In this document: positions 8,873 through 18,460 of the stretch, piece by piece
Position numbering within the stretch: position 1 is the first letter of the stretch
How the letters are laid out: every line of letters starts with the position of its first letter
IMG/VR virus record: IMGVR_UViG_3300027608_000002
Span: 1 to 56,191 of that record
Length of the DNA stretch: 56,191 nt
From: a virus
Taxonomy: Duplodnaviria > Caudoviricetes
Direction: 5' to 3' (one strand)
Notes under the pieces: model-generated
The model's database searches: none
Told to the model about the DNA's origin: nothing
The model's input: only the letters and a program-made list of their open reading frames with translations
Position numbers and translations under genes: made by a program

Positions 8873-11205
8873 TGCGGTTGCTTTCCTGTGATGGCCGGAA
8901 TCACACTGCCGAGGAGCCGGATAACTTCGTCCTCGCTCTCAGGATGAACCGCGAGGTTCTGCGCCAGATCAATCATCTGGATCCGCTCTTTGGCAAGCAT
9001 CTCTTGCTCTTCGACGGCACTGTCGCGCTCATCCTTCTGCATACTGGCCTGAAGCGAAGCGGCTTTCAACTTGGTGTCCATCACCTTGGCGTCGGCCATC
9101 TGCTTCTTGATCTGGAGATCCGCGGCATCCTTTTCAGTCGGCCCTTGCTGTTCACCACCCGCAAGACCTTCTTGCTGTGCCTTGGCCATGTCAAGTTGAA
9201 GACGAGCCTGATCCAACGCAATCCGAGCCTGTGCTGCGCCTTGCTTCGTATCGGCATCTTGCTTCTTGATCTGCATCTCGGCCATTTCCTTCTGCATTTC
9301 AGGAGGAGGAGAGCCTTGCGCCTCTGGCGGAATCATGAACTGCTCAGGGTTCGACCAACCCACCGCCTTCAACGCCGCGGTGTCGATCGCAATCGGATCG
9401 TACAGCGTCGGGTTCGATGCCTGAATTTGCTTCAACGCCATGATCTTCATGAGCCGTTGCGTCTGGCTCGCGGTGTTAGGATCAGCTTGCGGGACGAGAT
9501 CAACTTGGTTCACACCACGTAAGAAGGTTTCTTGATCCCATGCACGCGCAGGCTTGCGGTTCTTTTGCCAGAAGCTCTCAGGGTTTTCCTTAAAGCACTG
9601 GACAAGGAGCGCGAACTCTTCGGCCTGAGAGGCGTGCATCCGCTTATGCACCGCGTTCAGAACCTTGGTGGCCTGATCGATCAGCGCGATTGTCGTGCCC
9701 ACGGGGGCATCCGCCCGACCTTCACCCACGGCGGCTTCGGCTGTGCCGCCAATGCGCATGCCTGTTTGAGCCATGTTTTCGATGAGGGCCATCAATGTTT
9801 GAGATGGTTCCTTGTATGGCAGAGGCATCACGGCCTGACTGATCGGCATGCCGCCCGTCTTGACCAAAGCCCCACCGCCTGGCGGAACGCGGAAGATGTT
9901 GGTGTTCTGGCGTGCGCCAGTGTCGGCATACAGGAAACCTGGGAAGTTGGCATACATTCCCGCATCCAACAGTTCTCTTTGTGCGGCAGTAATGGCGTTG
10001 GTCGTGTTGCCCAAGATGTGGAGCAAGCCGATGTCATAGAAACCCATGCCAGGAACGAAGGTGTACTTCACGAAGTTCTGCCGAGCTTCGGGAAGTTCCT
10101 CGGTATCCTCGTCATAGTTGCGCACGATCGATAGGATCTCGTGCGACGATACATCGATTGTCACCCGATACGGGATCTCGAGGCCAGTCTCTTTGCCTTT
10201 GTGCTTATGCTCGAAGCCGTTGACGTCCAGTTCGCAATAGCACTCGTAGATCTCGCGATCCCGATCGTCAGGGTTTGACTGCCCCGCGCTGATGCCCTGT
10301 TGCGACTTCTTCTCGCGCTGTGTCGCATCAAGATCAACTTGCTTAGGGGTGGAGAGATCCAAGTCCTTGTACGCACCAATGATCTGCATGCGCTTCACCA
10401 CCGATGGCCGCATCATTATGCGATGCGTAACGCGCTTGGCGTTGCTCAGATCGGTGGCCGCGTTGTTGACGATCATATCGTCGGCGTCAACTGATTCGGA
10501 AACAGGACGGCCTCTGAGTGGACAGAAGTAGACTTTCTTGAACGCCGTGCCGCCAAAGCCCAACATGAGAAGCATGCGGTCGGTGTCAGGATAGTACTCT
10601 CTGGCTGTGGAGGTAAGGTAGTGGTTGAGGTCTTTCTCGAGATCGTTGGCAAGCGTATCACTATCAAGGGTGGCATTGTTGTTGTCCTCCCGCACCTTGA
10701 CGGGCCCGTCGGTCGGGAGCAACTCGGAGCGTGCATTGGCTTGGAACCGGAGCACCGCCTCGAGCAACAGAGGATGCCGCACTTTGCTCATGCCCTCGAC
10801 CGGAGCACCGTCTGCCGCACCCGAGATGCCAGGCAACTCGATCCGGAGCCCGAGGAGCTTGATGCCCTGAGCACGATCCTCAATCCACTCCTTGCGGGAG
10901 TCGAGGTCGTCCTGAATGCCGCGCATGAGGTCTTCGGAGATGCGGGACAGTTCCATCGCGGGGATCTCGTCCACCAGATTTTCGAACCATCCGTTGGTGC
11001 CCTCGGCCCCCGCCTTCTCGAGCGGACCACCGTCGAGCTTCAGGGTGATGGAGCCGTCATCGTGCTCGATCGTCAACAGGTTGCCTTTGTCATCGAACTC
11101 GTGCTGATCGCCACCCTCGTCCGCCATCTCGATGATTACGCCATCTTCGATCGAATCTCGATCATCGATCGGGGCAGGTTGGCGAATGTTGGGGACAAGC
11201 GACAT
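8869..11205 (-). CDS. Portal protein
   Basis: 778 aa directly after TerL; HPLLLEAVLRFQA, GTAFKKVYF, YTFVPGMGFYDIGL, Q-rich coiled C-terminus. Confidence 0.85.
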   Translation of the reverse strand: MSLVPNIRQPAPIDDRDSIEDGVIIEMADEGGDQHEFDDKGNLLTIEHDDGSITLKLDGGPLEKAGAEGTNGWFENLVDEIPAMELSRISEDLMRGIQDDLDSRKEWIEDRAQGIKLLGLRIELPGISGAADGAPVEGMSKVRHPLLLEAVLRFQANARSELLPTDGPVKVREDNNNATLDSDTLANDLEKDLNHYLTSTAREYYPDTDRMLLMLGFGGTAFKKVYFCPLRGRPVSESVDADDMIVNNAATDLSNAKRVTHRIMMRPSVVKRMQIIGAYKDLDLSTPKQVDLDATQREKKSQQGISAGQSNPDDRDREIYECYCELDVNGFEHKHKGKETGLEIPYRVTIDVSSHEILSIVRNYDEDTEELPEARQNFVKYTFVPGMGFYDIGLLHILGNTTNAITAAQRELLDAGMYANFPGFLYADTGARQNTNIFRVPPGGGALVKTGGMPISQAVMPLPYKEPSQTLMALIENMAQTGMRIGGTAEAAVGEGRADAPVGTTIALIDQATKVLNAVHKRMHASQAEEFALLVQCFKENPESFWQKNRKPARAWDQETFLRGVNQVDLVPQADPNTASQTQRLMKIMALKQIQASNPTLYDPIAIDTAALKAVGWSNPEQFMIPPEAQGSPPPEMQKEMAEMQIKKQDADTKQGAAQARIALDQARLQLDMAKAQQEGLAGGEQQGPTEKDAADLQIKKQMADAKVMDTKLKAASLQASMQKDERDSAVEEQEMLAKERIQMIDLAQNLAVHPESEDEVIRLLGSVIPAITGKQPQ

Positions 11206-11216
11206 GGTTCAGATCC

Positions 11217-12845
11217 TTAGACCGAGTAAAGCGGAGGTGGTGACGCACCGTGGTGAGTGCGCTCTTGGTTGTAGCTTTCTTGCACTTCCTCGGCGCGTTG
11301 GATCAAGCCCGAGCGGCGTAAATATCTCATAGCCATGCTTACCGTGTCAACGAGATCGTCGTGCTTGGCTTTCGGGAACCGAGCGCACTGTTGGATGACC
11401 TCGTCAGCCCATGCCTTGTCAGGCGCGTAGACCAACTTGTCCTCGAACAGATGTTGCACCGAATAGAGCCGAGCGATCTTGTCGGTGGAACCTGGGTCAT
11501 CAAGCTGAACGCCGAAGTTCTTTCCCGCGTAGAGCCGCCGCAGTTCTTGCGCGACGGGGATTCCCGCGGCCTTGTTCTCGATCAGCACCTTGTCGGTCTT
11601 GAACTTGGAACAGGTGGCGGCAACCTTCTCGACCACCGCGGCCAACTGCAACCGCTCTTGCCATGCGTAGATCAACATGAGCTTTGGGTGAGGCTGTTTG
11701 TAGGTACGCTCGACCTGATAGCTTGTGCCGCGCTTGGACGCTTCGGCCACCGGATCCTCGGAGAAGACGCCCCATACGGACATGGCCGTGTAATCGTTCT
11801 CGGTCTTTTCCGTAAACGCGGTATCGACCGCGGCCACGATGAAGTCGAACGCGGGGAACTGATCCTTGTTCTCCCACAGTTGCCACATCGATTGTTTAAT
11901 GATGCCGGAGCTATCGTCGGTCGGGGTCTGTTGGAACTGCCCCGAGACGGCGTAGGATCCCATGATTTTTTTGTCGCGCTCCACGACGTGCTTTGGAAAC
12001 CGATCGGGGAAGTATAGCTCGCCGAGCTCAGATCGTGGATCTTCGAAGCCGAGCATGGTCGGAGCGGCTCGATCGGGCGAGTACTCCATCGGTATCATGA
12101 TGTGATCCCAGAGATCAGGTTGTTTTGTCAGAGCCACGCCGCTGAGATCCTCCTCGTGGAGCCTCTGCATGATCAGGACGATGGCGGAGCGGTCGGGGTT
12201 GTTTAGGCGGGTTGGCACCGCACGCTCAAACCAGTCAACCGTGGTTTGACGCATGGCCTCGGACGCCGCGCTCTCGACGCTGTGAGGGTCATCGATGATC
12301 ACGCGGTCACCACGAGCACCAGTGATGGAACCCGCCGCTATGGCCTGTCTGAAGCCCGTGGCTGTGGTTTCGAACTTGGTCTTGGCATTCTGGTCGCCTG
12401 TGAGCTTGACGGTATCGCCCCACCGTTCCTGATACCACTCGGACTGGACGAGCCGCCGCATCTTGGTCGAGTCTCTGATGGCGAGATCCATCGAGTGCGA
12501 GGCGCAGACGTAGCGGAGGTTCGGCAACCCCGCCGGACCCCACTCCCACGCAGGCCAGAACACGTTGACGATCAGGCTCTTCATCGCGCCAGGCGGCACG
12601 TTGATCAGGAGCCGATTGTAATAGCGTTCGTCGTCCACCATAACGCCATCGGTGATGGCCTCGAGGCTGTCGCAGATCAGGTCAATGTGCCAGTTGTGGA
12701 CATACTCTTGCCCAGGCTCCACTACGTGCCACGCTTGGGCGATGAACTCGGAGAGGCTTGACGAGCATTCGACCTTCGAGATCTCGCGGAGCGATGCTTT
12801 CACATCGATGCGCTTCCCGTCGATCATGATGTACTCGTGCTTCAC
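11217..12845 (-). CDS. terL: Terminase large subunit
   Basis: Walker A INVPPGAMKS, GARGDRVIIDDPH Walker B, IMQRLHEEDL, nuclease AVDTA..DYTA..HDDLVD. Confidence 0.95.
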   Translation of the reverse strand: MKHEYIMIDGKRIDVKASLREISKVECSSSLSEFIAQAWHVVEPGQEYVHNWHIDLICDSLEAITDGVMVDDERYYNRLLINVPPGAMKSLIVNVFWPAWEWGPAGLPNLRYVCASHSMDLAIRDSTKMRRLVQSEWYQERWGDTVKLTGDQNAKTKFETTATGFRQAIAAGSITGARGDRVIIDDPHSVESAASEAMRQTTVDWFERAVPTRLNNPDRSAIVLIMQRLHEEDLSGVALTKQPDLWDHIMIPMEYSPDRAAPTMLGFEDPRSELGELYFPDRFPKHVVERDKKIMGSYAVSGQFQQTPTDDSSGIIKQSMWQLWENKDQFPAFDFIVAAVDTAFTEKTENDYTAMSVWGVFSEDPVAEASKRGTSYQVERTYKQPHPKLMLIYAWQERLQLAAVVEKVAATCSKFKTDKVLIENKAAGIPVAQELRRLYAGKNFGVQLDDPGSTDKIARLYSVQHLFEDKLVYAPDKAWADEVIQQCARFPKAKHDDLVDTVSMAMRYLRRSGLIQRAEEVQESYNQERTHHGASPPPLYSV

Positions 12846-13276
12846 TGGCCTTCAGCCGCGGCCAACAGAGCCGCCTTGATAGCGTCTCGAGCGTCGGGGT
12901 CGAGATCCTTTACGTCGATCGTAACGGCCTCGATCTGAAGGGCTCCACCGTCGCGACCAGTGACTTCGGTGAGCTTGCGGTCGGCGTAGTCATCGCGGAA
13001 CCGAGACGCCACCATGTGCTTCCAGACGCTCGCGTTGAACTCTCGCATGAGCATGCCGTTTTGCCCCGCGGTTTCCCACCAATCTTGAGCGAGGGTTAGC
13101 GCGTGCGCGACAGCGGTACGAAATTCTGGATGCTCTTCTTGCCATCGATCTAGTGTTATGCGAAATGTTTCACAAGCCACGGCCATTTGCGTGTACGATT
13201 TCCCGAGCTTTCCTTGCTCGATCACCGTTTGGCAATATTTAGGATCGTATGTCGAAGGTCTGCCAACTTTAGCCAT
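12842..13276 (-). CDS. terS: Terminase small subunit
   Basis: GRPSTYDP N-terminus, HTH-like segment, W..EHPEF, EVTGRDGGAL C-terminus; ATGA overlap with terL; start set at ATG 13276. Confidence 0.8.
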   Translation of the reverse strand: MAKVGRPSTYDPKYCQTVIEQGKLGKSYTQMAVACETFRITLDRWQEEHPEFRTAVAHALTLAQDWWETAGQNGMLMREFNASVWKHMVASRFRDDYADRKLTEVTGRDGGALQIEAVTIDVKDLDPDARDAIKAALLAAAEGQ

Positions 13277-13301
13277 GCACCGCCCCTGATTTGTGGTGCG
13301 A

Positions 13302-13330
13302 AGCATACGACAAAAGGAGAATAGCTTCAA
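13302..13330 (-). promoter_or_regulatory. sigma70-like promoter upstream of terS
   Basis: TTGAAG-17 nt-TATGCT on - strand, ~25 nt before terS ATG. Confidence 0.55.
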
Positions 13331-13351
13331 GAGCCACTTCAGTTCGCGAAG

Positions 13352-13582
13352 TTACACCTCAATTCGCGAAGCCGTGGATGCTTTTTCGATTGCCCCGCGT
13401 TTTGTCCTATATCTAATTTTTTTCCCTTCCCCGACTGGATACCACGACCACCATGAAGATCCGGTGGCATGAAAGATAACGCCAATCATGATTTCATCGA
13501 CGTAGACGCCAATCTCTGTGCTCCCATGAGGAAATTTAGTTTCACGGGCAATGGCATGTTCATTGATTTGATATTGTTTCAT
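13352..13582 (-). CDS. Hypothetical protein
   Basis: 76-aa ORF, GGAG SD. Confidence 0.65.
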   Translation of the reverse strand: MKQYQINEHAIARETKFPHGSTEIGVYVDEIMIGVIFHATGSSWWSWYPVGEGKKIRYRTKRGAIEKASTASRIEV

Positions 13583-13596
13583 TCATTTTTCTCCCT

Positions 13597-13848
13597 TTAA
13601 ATGATTGCACCGCTGTACCAAGCGTCTGCGAATTTATGTAAAGCCTCTGTTCTCAAGCATCGGCCATTCTTGATCTCCCCATTGAATACCCGCGCAAAGT
13701 GACGACCTCTGACGTAGAGCCACTCGTCTTGATCAGGCAGATCGTATTTGAAGGGACGCCCTTTACGAACGTCCGCTACACCGAGGTTGAAGAACTTGGA
13801 GTTTAAAACCTTATTGATGGTGACGGCGTGTGTTTTAACTTGACCCAT
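13597..13848 (-). CDS. Hypothetical protein
   Basis: MGQVKTHAV...; ATG at 13848 just after upstream stop. Confidence 0.65.
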   Translation of the reverse strand: MGQVKTHAVTINKVLNSKFFNLGVADVRKGRPFKYDLPDQDEWLYVRGRHFARVFNGEIKNGRCLRTEALHKFADAWYSGAII

Positions 13849-13850
13849 GA

Positions 13851-14018
13851 TTATCCCCAATCCTTGAAATCTGTGTTTTCTGACCAACCCTTGAGGTACT
13901 CCTGATACTCTGGCGTACCCTTTTCGATCTGCACCTGTACACCACCATCGGTGTAATGTGGGCTAAATTTACGTCCGTAGTATGAATCTGCGGATCCACG
14001 ATCATATGCATTTGTCAT
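13851..14018 (-). CDS. Small hypothetical protein (55 aa, YDRGSADSYY motif)
   Basis: Manual translation MTNAYDRGSADSYYGRKF...FKDWG*, GAGG SD; below ORF-track cutoff. Confidence 0.7.
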   Translation of the reverse strand: MTNAYDRGSADSYYGRKFSPHYTDGGVQVQIEKGTPEYQEYLKGWSENTDFKDWG

Positions 14019-14031
14019 TTTAAATCCTCTC

Positions 14032-14652
14032 TCAGATGAAGCTCGCGCCGGATGGGCGAGCGATGATTGTCTGATTTACGCCATCGCGAACGCCGTGTTC
14101 CTTGATGGTTGCGGTCACGCGGATCTTCTCGCCTTTGGCAATTATTTGCCGTGAAGCATCTCCGATCAGGATAGACGAGCCCTTGTGAACAAACACGTTG
14201 CCATCTGCATCCTTGAAGCAGTTGATGTATGTCGTGCCGAACGTGCCATCAAACGACGTCACGAAGGCGACGGTCAAGTCAAACGAGCGGCGTTCGCCAA
14301 CCGTACCAACATGAACTGATAGGGCATCGGCGGCCTTTGCTTCGGCGCGACGTTCTGCTTGCTTTGCAATCGAGTTGCGAACGGCTACGGCTTGCTTTTC
14401 AGTCAAACCACCGAACTCCTCGATGCTTACCCAACATGCGTCGATGAAACTTGCGCCATCGAGCTTACGGCCAAACCGATTGAAAAAATCAACTTGATGA
14501 TCAGAAACACGATCCACAACGAAGTTGATCAAGATCTGCGCATCTTCGTGCGCCGAAAAAAACCGCTTACGACCGCCTATTTTACGGTTTGCCTTAATGT
14601 TGCGCCCGATAGCCGCCTCGTAAGCCGCTTCATTTTGAATAAAACCAACCAT
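14032..14652 (-). CDS. Hypothetical early protein with C-terminal OB-fold-like domain
   Basis: HVGTVGER..FGTT..D.DGN....KG....ATIKEH....QT.I.RP; own promoter and SD. Confidence 0.7.
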   Translation of the reverse strand: MVGFIQNEAAYEAAIGRNIKANRKIGGRKRFFSAHEDAQILINFVVDRVSDHQVDFFNRFGRKLDGASFIDACWVSIEEFGGLTEKQAVAVRNSIAKQAERRAEAKAADALSVHVGTVGERRSFDLTVAFVTSFDGTFGTTYINCFKDADGNVFVHKGSSILIGDASRQIIAKGEKIRVTATIKEHGVRDGVNQTIIARPSGASFI

Positions 14653-14740
14653 TTTAAATCTCCAATTTAGGGGGACACCGCGTCCCGCCCAATCCTTATG
14701 CCACGGTTCGATTACCTATGCAAACACTTTTTTATCTTTA
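14653..14740 (-). promoter_or_regulatory. Early promoter/leader cassette, copy A
   Basis: GATAAAAAA tract, TTGCAT(14723-14718)-17 nt-CATAAG(14700-14695), GC hairpin, AAATTGGAGATT SD. Confidence 0.75.
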
Positions 14741-14998
14741 TTTGAAATTAATTGACACTTTCTCCGCGAACTTTTTGAAGGCGTCCCAAAGCTCAACGGT
14801 TGTCGTCTCCCATATTGGCAACCGCCTCCAATCACCGTGCCCTTCGATTTCATATCTGCTGTGGTCGATTTGGACTTTTGCAATCGGGCGATCATTAAAA
14901 TAGGCATAGATCGGGCCCGACTTGATTGCCGCGGCCAGATCGTCTGCGTTTTGTATCTCATCTTTTGTGATGAACGATTGATATTTGATATTCATCAT
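14738..14998 (-). CDS. Hypothetical protein
   Basis: TAATG coupling at 14998. Confidence 0.6.
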   Translation of the reverse strand: MMNIKYQSFITKDEIQNADDLAAAIKSGPIYAYFNDRPIAKVQIDHSRYEIEGHGDWRRLPIWETTTVELWDAFKKFAEKVSINFK

Positions 14999-15315
14999 TA
15001 CCTCCAAAAATTATTAGGGTCGCTACTATCGCACCCGAGGGCCACCGCTCGCCAATACAAAGCGTCCAAATAAGCCGCGGTATCATCTTCATCGCATTCA
15101 TTTTTACGATCTTCGATATAATCAACAAAATCGTTAATTTCATTAACCAGTTCATCAAACGACGGCGCAGACAGAGTGCGCTCTGACCCATCGACCTTAA
15201 CGGTTGCTATTGGTCCTTCGTTTGGAAAAATCGTAATGCACCCGTGAAAGGCACCATCGATAATGATGTCCCATACTGGCACGCCGTCTTGAACCTGTTT
15301 TGTTGTAACTTGCAT
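14998..15315 (-). CDS. Hypothetical acidic protein
   Basis: GGAGATTGAAAATG SD/start at 15315. Confidence 0.65.
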   Translation of the reverse strand: MQVTTKQVQDGVPVWDIIIDGAFHGCITIFPNEGPIATVKVDGSERTLSAPSFDELVNEINDFVDYIEDRKNECDEDDTAAYLDALYWRAVALGCDSSDPNNFWR

Positions 15316-15345
15316 TTTCAATCTCCGATTAAGGGTGGGGGTAAT

Positions 15346-15363
15346 TGGGGGCCGGAGCCCCCT
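15346..15363 (-). terminator. GC-rich intergenic hairpin GGGGGC-TCCG-GCCCCC
   Basis: 6-bp stem right after a stop; near-identical hairpin at 25342-25357; no U-tract, so possibly a stability or processing element. Confidence 0.4.
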
Positions 15364-15369
15364 CTAATT

Positions 15370-15687
15370 TTAACCGTGCCGCTTCTTTGCGTTGGCGAGG
15401 TAGGTTTCAATGGCTACTTGACGTTCAGCCTCCGTTTTAAAATATTTACGATCCTGACATGCTCCAAACGCTACACCGTTCTTTGAGAGGTGCGGCTTGA
15501 AAGTGAAGTATGTTCCGGCATCCTTATTGCTGAAGTACCAACAATTGTCGCCCTCGACGTACGGGACGTATTCCTCTGTCGAAGTATGAACGAATGCTCC
15601 GATCTTGCGACCTTTTTTGTCAACTGAGCCAAAATCAAAATGAACTTTGTTTGCATCAGTCTCGCTGTGAAATTTAATCTTTGTCAT
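15370..15687 (-). CDS. Hypothetical early protein
   Basis: ATG 15687 after GGAGATTGAAA; own promoter. Confidence 0.7.
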   Translation of the reverse strand: MTKIKFHSETDANKVHFDFGSVDKKGRKIGAFVHTSTEEYVPYVEGDNCWYFSNKDAGTYFTFKPHLSKNGVAFGACQDRKYFKTEAERQVAIETYLANAKKRHG

Positions 15688-15777
15688 TTTCAATCTCCAA
15701 TTTGGGAGGGCGACCACCGCCCCGCCCGATGTTTATGGCATGGCTAAAAATGCTATGCAAGTACTTTTTTATCTTTA
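15688..15777 (-). promoter_or_regulatory. Early promoter/leader cassette, copy B
   Basis: TAAAGATAAAAAAGT, TTGCAT(15760-15755)-17 nt-CATAAA(15737-15732), GC hairpin, AAATTGGAGATT SD. Confidence 0.75.
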
Positions 15778-15778
15778 T

Positions 15779-16042
15779 TTAATTTACTTTTTCTTTTCCA
15801 TCATGCCCCGTGACCTCATCAACATAGTCGTTCATATACTGCCTAGCATTAAACCCCATCGGCCCTGATGCGGTGATAAACAAATACGAATCTAATATGG
15901 CGTCTAAAGCCACATAAATTTTATATTTCTTATCTAGGTTTTTCATCCCATCCACATGTTCGTTCGTAATACCAAGAATTTTAAACATCAAGTCTTCGAC
16001 CTGATCATTATATGTGGACCTTTTAGATTTAACTTCTTCCAT
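15779..16042 (-). CDS. Hypothetical protein
   Basis: 87-aa ORF, AGGAG SD. Confidence 0.6.
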   Translation of the reverse strand: MEEVKSKRSTYNDQVEDLMFKILGITNEHVDGMKNLDKKYKIYVALDAILDSYLFITASGPMGFNARQYMNDYVDEVTGHDGKEKVN

Positions 16043-16086
16043 TTTACTTCTCCTGTTGTGATACTCAAAAACTTCGCCGCATCGGA

Positions 16087-16192
16087 TGACTCTTTGACTC
16101 TCTCCCTAAAGGGAGGAGAGTCAGTGAGAGTCAGTCTCCTCGCGTTTTGCCCCCAGTGACTCTAGAGTCAGTGAGAGTCAGTGAGAGTCAGT
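16087..16192. repeat. Iteron-like cluster, candidate replication origin
   Basis: Five (G/T)AGAGTCAGT direct copies (16116, 16126, 16163, 16173, 16183) plus three inverted TGACTCT (16087, 16095, 16157) at the 3' end of the primase-helicase gene. Confidence 0.7.
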
Positions 16193-18215
16193 TCCTCTCA
16201 CCATTCTTTTTCATCAATAATACGGAGGCCGCAACCTCATTACTGACGACAAAGCCCATCGTTGTTTGGGTAAGATAACCGCCATTTATTAGGACATTAA
16301 TCATACCATTTACCTGACCCGCGTTCATATAATTTCGAATTGTCCTCGGCGCGACGCCATCTTCTTCCAATTTCCCACTAAGATCCTTCCTAGCAATGTA
16401 GGGCAACCCCTCGTGCTCTTGTGCCCCAGTCTCCCACCAATACCTTTCAAGCATTTTGCGAAATGCGTCGAATTTACTATCTTTTTTCTCGGCCTTCGGA
16501 GGCGGCGCAGACGCCGTCACAAACACCGCGCTCGTGACGGGTTCACCGTCCTCATCGAACCATTTTGGTATGGTGACCGACTCGAGCTCGAAGAAGATAT
16601 CATCGGCCTGTTCCGCGTCTTTCGATTTACGCTGAACGATCTGCCCCGCGTGGCCATCCTTGGGCGGTATCACACTGATCTCGATGTCGAGAGCACCCTT
16701 CCACGCCGAAGACCCTCGAGCCCTGTGCTGTGCCTCCTCTGAGACGCCTGTGTGATGGACAAGGAGCACCGAGCAATCGAACTCTTTCATGAGAGCCGCG
16801 CAAGCGTCCAACATGGTCTTTGCATCCTGTGCGCTGTTCTCATCGCCGTTCAGGAAGCGGTGGAGGGTATCAACGACGATCAGGCACGGGACGACAGGCA
16901 AAGCCCTGATGTGTTCGACCACCAGATTGTAACCGCTTGCGATGTTCAGGTCGCATCCGTGCTTTGAAAACCATAGCTCGACATCGTTATGTGGCTTGTT
17001 TTTAAAATCCCACGCCGCACTACGACCTCTGAGACCGTGATGGCCTTCACCCGCCAAATAGACGACGGATCCGCTTCTGACCTTGTGGCCGTTCCATTCG
17101 GCCTTGCTTGACGCGATATGTTTGCAAACATCGAGAACGAAGAAGGTCTTACCGCCGCCTGATGGTCCGTGAACCATGATGAGGGCACTGCTTTGGAGCC
17201 AGTGCTTAACCAACCACGAGATTGGGGCGGGTTTGGCATTAAAATCTTTATCTTTTATGAGAAATTCACTGACCGGAGGATTTAAAAGACTACTTAAATC
17301 GTGCCCTGACTGCTGATAATCGTTCGCATCCCCCAAAACAGGTGGCATGACAACCCTCGCGCCGTGTTTTGCCGATGCCTGATCGGCGTACTTCTGCCCG
17401 ACGCCTGAAGCGTCATTGTCGGCTACAATTACAATATCCTGCCGCGGCCCGTAGATATCGCGGAGGATGCCTGTGACTGGCACGAGGTTGGACGCGCTAT
17501 AGGCGATCGCGCACGGGCGTTGAGTGGCTTCATGTATTGTCGCCGCGGTTGCAAAGCCCTCGGCTATATATAACGTGCCCTCCTCATCCATAGTCCCGAG
17601 CATCCAGAAGCACTGGCTTGTCTGACCGCCTGGGTGATAGAGCTTGCCGCCATCATTATCGATGTATTGGAGCGAGGTGATGTTGCCATCGCGGTCAAAC
17701 AGAGGAAGCGACAACCGCCCATCGCCTGTAACCCGAGCCCCGTGAAGGCCGATGCCCTTGCGCTTGAGGTAAGGGTGCTCTGGATCCGCGTAAGTGCAGC
17801 TCGACCAGATCTTCTCTACATCCAGAGTTGCAATCTGGTGCCGACGTTGAATATCGGCGTCGCGAAGGACTTGAGCCTCTCTCAGCCTACGAGCGTTGAC
17901 GATTTCTTCTGCGTCGGTGAGCTTCCGGCCAATGTCGGCGCGAAAGTGTTGTTCGATACCCGCTCGCCAACATCCGAAGCGTCCCGCGGGGATTCCGTCA
18001 TTAAACGCGATGTACCAACCCGTTTTGTCTCCGAACCCGCCGACGCCTTTTGTCCCCGATCGAAAGCGGTGGATCTTGCCATCGAGAAAAATATCGTCTG
18101 GCGCATTCATTCCGGCGTTTGATATGGCATCGCGGAGTTGGTCTTCAGGTGGCAAGAGCACCTTTGTCGTCGGAGGCGACCACGGCCCCCCGAAAATATT
18201 TGTTAAGTCAGCCAT
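16188..18215 (-). CDS. Primase-helicase (TOPRIM + RepA/AAA_25-type helicase)
   Basis: IAEGFATA..VADND TOPRIM motifs; GPSGGGKT Walker A, YLAGEG, IVVDTL, VHHTG, RGSSA. Confidence 0.9.
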   Translation of the reverse strand: MADLTNIFGGPWSPPTTKVLLPPEDQLRDAISNAGMNAPDDIFLDGKIHRFRSGTKGVGGFGDKTGWYIAFNDGIPAGRFGCWRAGIEQHFRADIGRKLTDAEEIVNARRLREAQVLRDADIQRRHQIATLDVEKIWSSCTYADPEHPYLKRKGIGLHGARVTGDGRLSLPLFDRDGNITSLQYIDNDGGKLYHPGGQTSQCFWMLGTMDEEGTLYIAEGFATAATIHEATQRPCAIAYSASNLVPVTGILRDIYGPRQDIVIVADNDASGVGQKYADQASAKHGARVVMPPVLGDANDYQQSGHDLSSLLNPPVSEFLIKDKDFNAKPAPISWLVKHWLQSSALIMVHGPSGGGKTFFVLDVCKHIASSKAEWNGHKVRSGSVVYLAGEGHHGLRGRSAAWDFKNKPHNDVELWFSKHGCDLNIASGYNLVVEHIRALPVVPCLIVVDTLHRFLNGDENSAQDAKTMLDACAALMKEFDCSVLLVHHTGVSEEAQHRARGSSAWKGALDIEISVIPPKDGHAGQIVQRKSKDAEQADDIFFELESVTIPKWFDEDGEPVTSAVFVTASAPPPKAEKKDSKFDAFRKMLERYWWETGAQEHEGLPYIARKDLSGKLEEDGVAPRTIRNYMNAGQVNGMINVLINGGYLTQTTMGFVVSNEVAASVLLMKKNGERN

Positions 18216-18390
18216 TTTGTTTGAAATCTTTCAGGTATTGCTGAAGACGAGCCACCGTATCAAAAGATGGACGATTGCCGCCGCGAAGGAATCGATAGAT
18301 TGCATTGGCACTTAGACCTGTCTCCCGAGAAACAGCTTGTATGTTGAAAACTCTCAATGTTTTACGAATTTCGTCAATGCCGGATGTCAT
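18208..18390 (-). CDS. Small HTH (Cro/XRE-like) DNA-binding protein
   Basis: IQAVSRETGLSANAIYRFLRGGNRPSFDTV. Confidence 0.8.
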   Translation of the reverse strand: MTSGIDEIRKTLRVFNIQAVSRETGLSANAIYRFLRGGNRPSFDTVARLQQYLKDFKQNG

Positions 18391-18427
18391 TTTTTTGCGT
18401 TTCCCGTTAAATTTCTGCGATCAAGGG

Positions 18428-18460
18428 TTGCAATGTGCACGAATCGATTATAGATTGCAA
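18428..18460. promoter_or_regulatory. Overlapping divergent promoters
   Basis: +: TTGCAA-17-TAGATT; -: TTGCAA-17-CACATT; between the two transcription arms. Confidence 0.5.

Noticed and set aside
8872-12879. Long + strand ORFs opposite portal and terminase
   Set aside because: Antisense shadows of GC-rich genes with no recognisable motifs.
16087-16192. Mini-CRISPR array
   Set aside because: 10-bp units that abut or are inverted, with no unique spacers.
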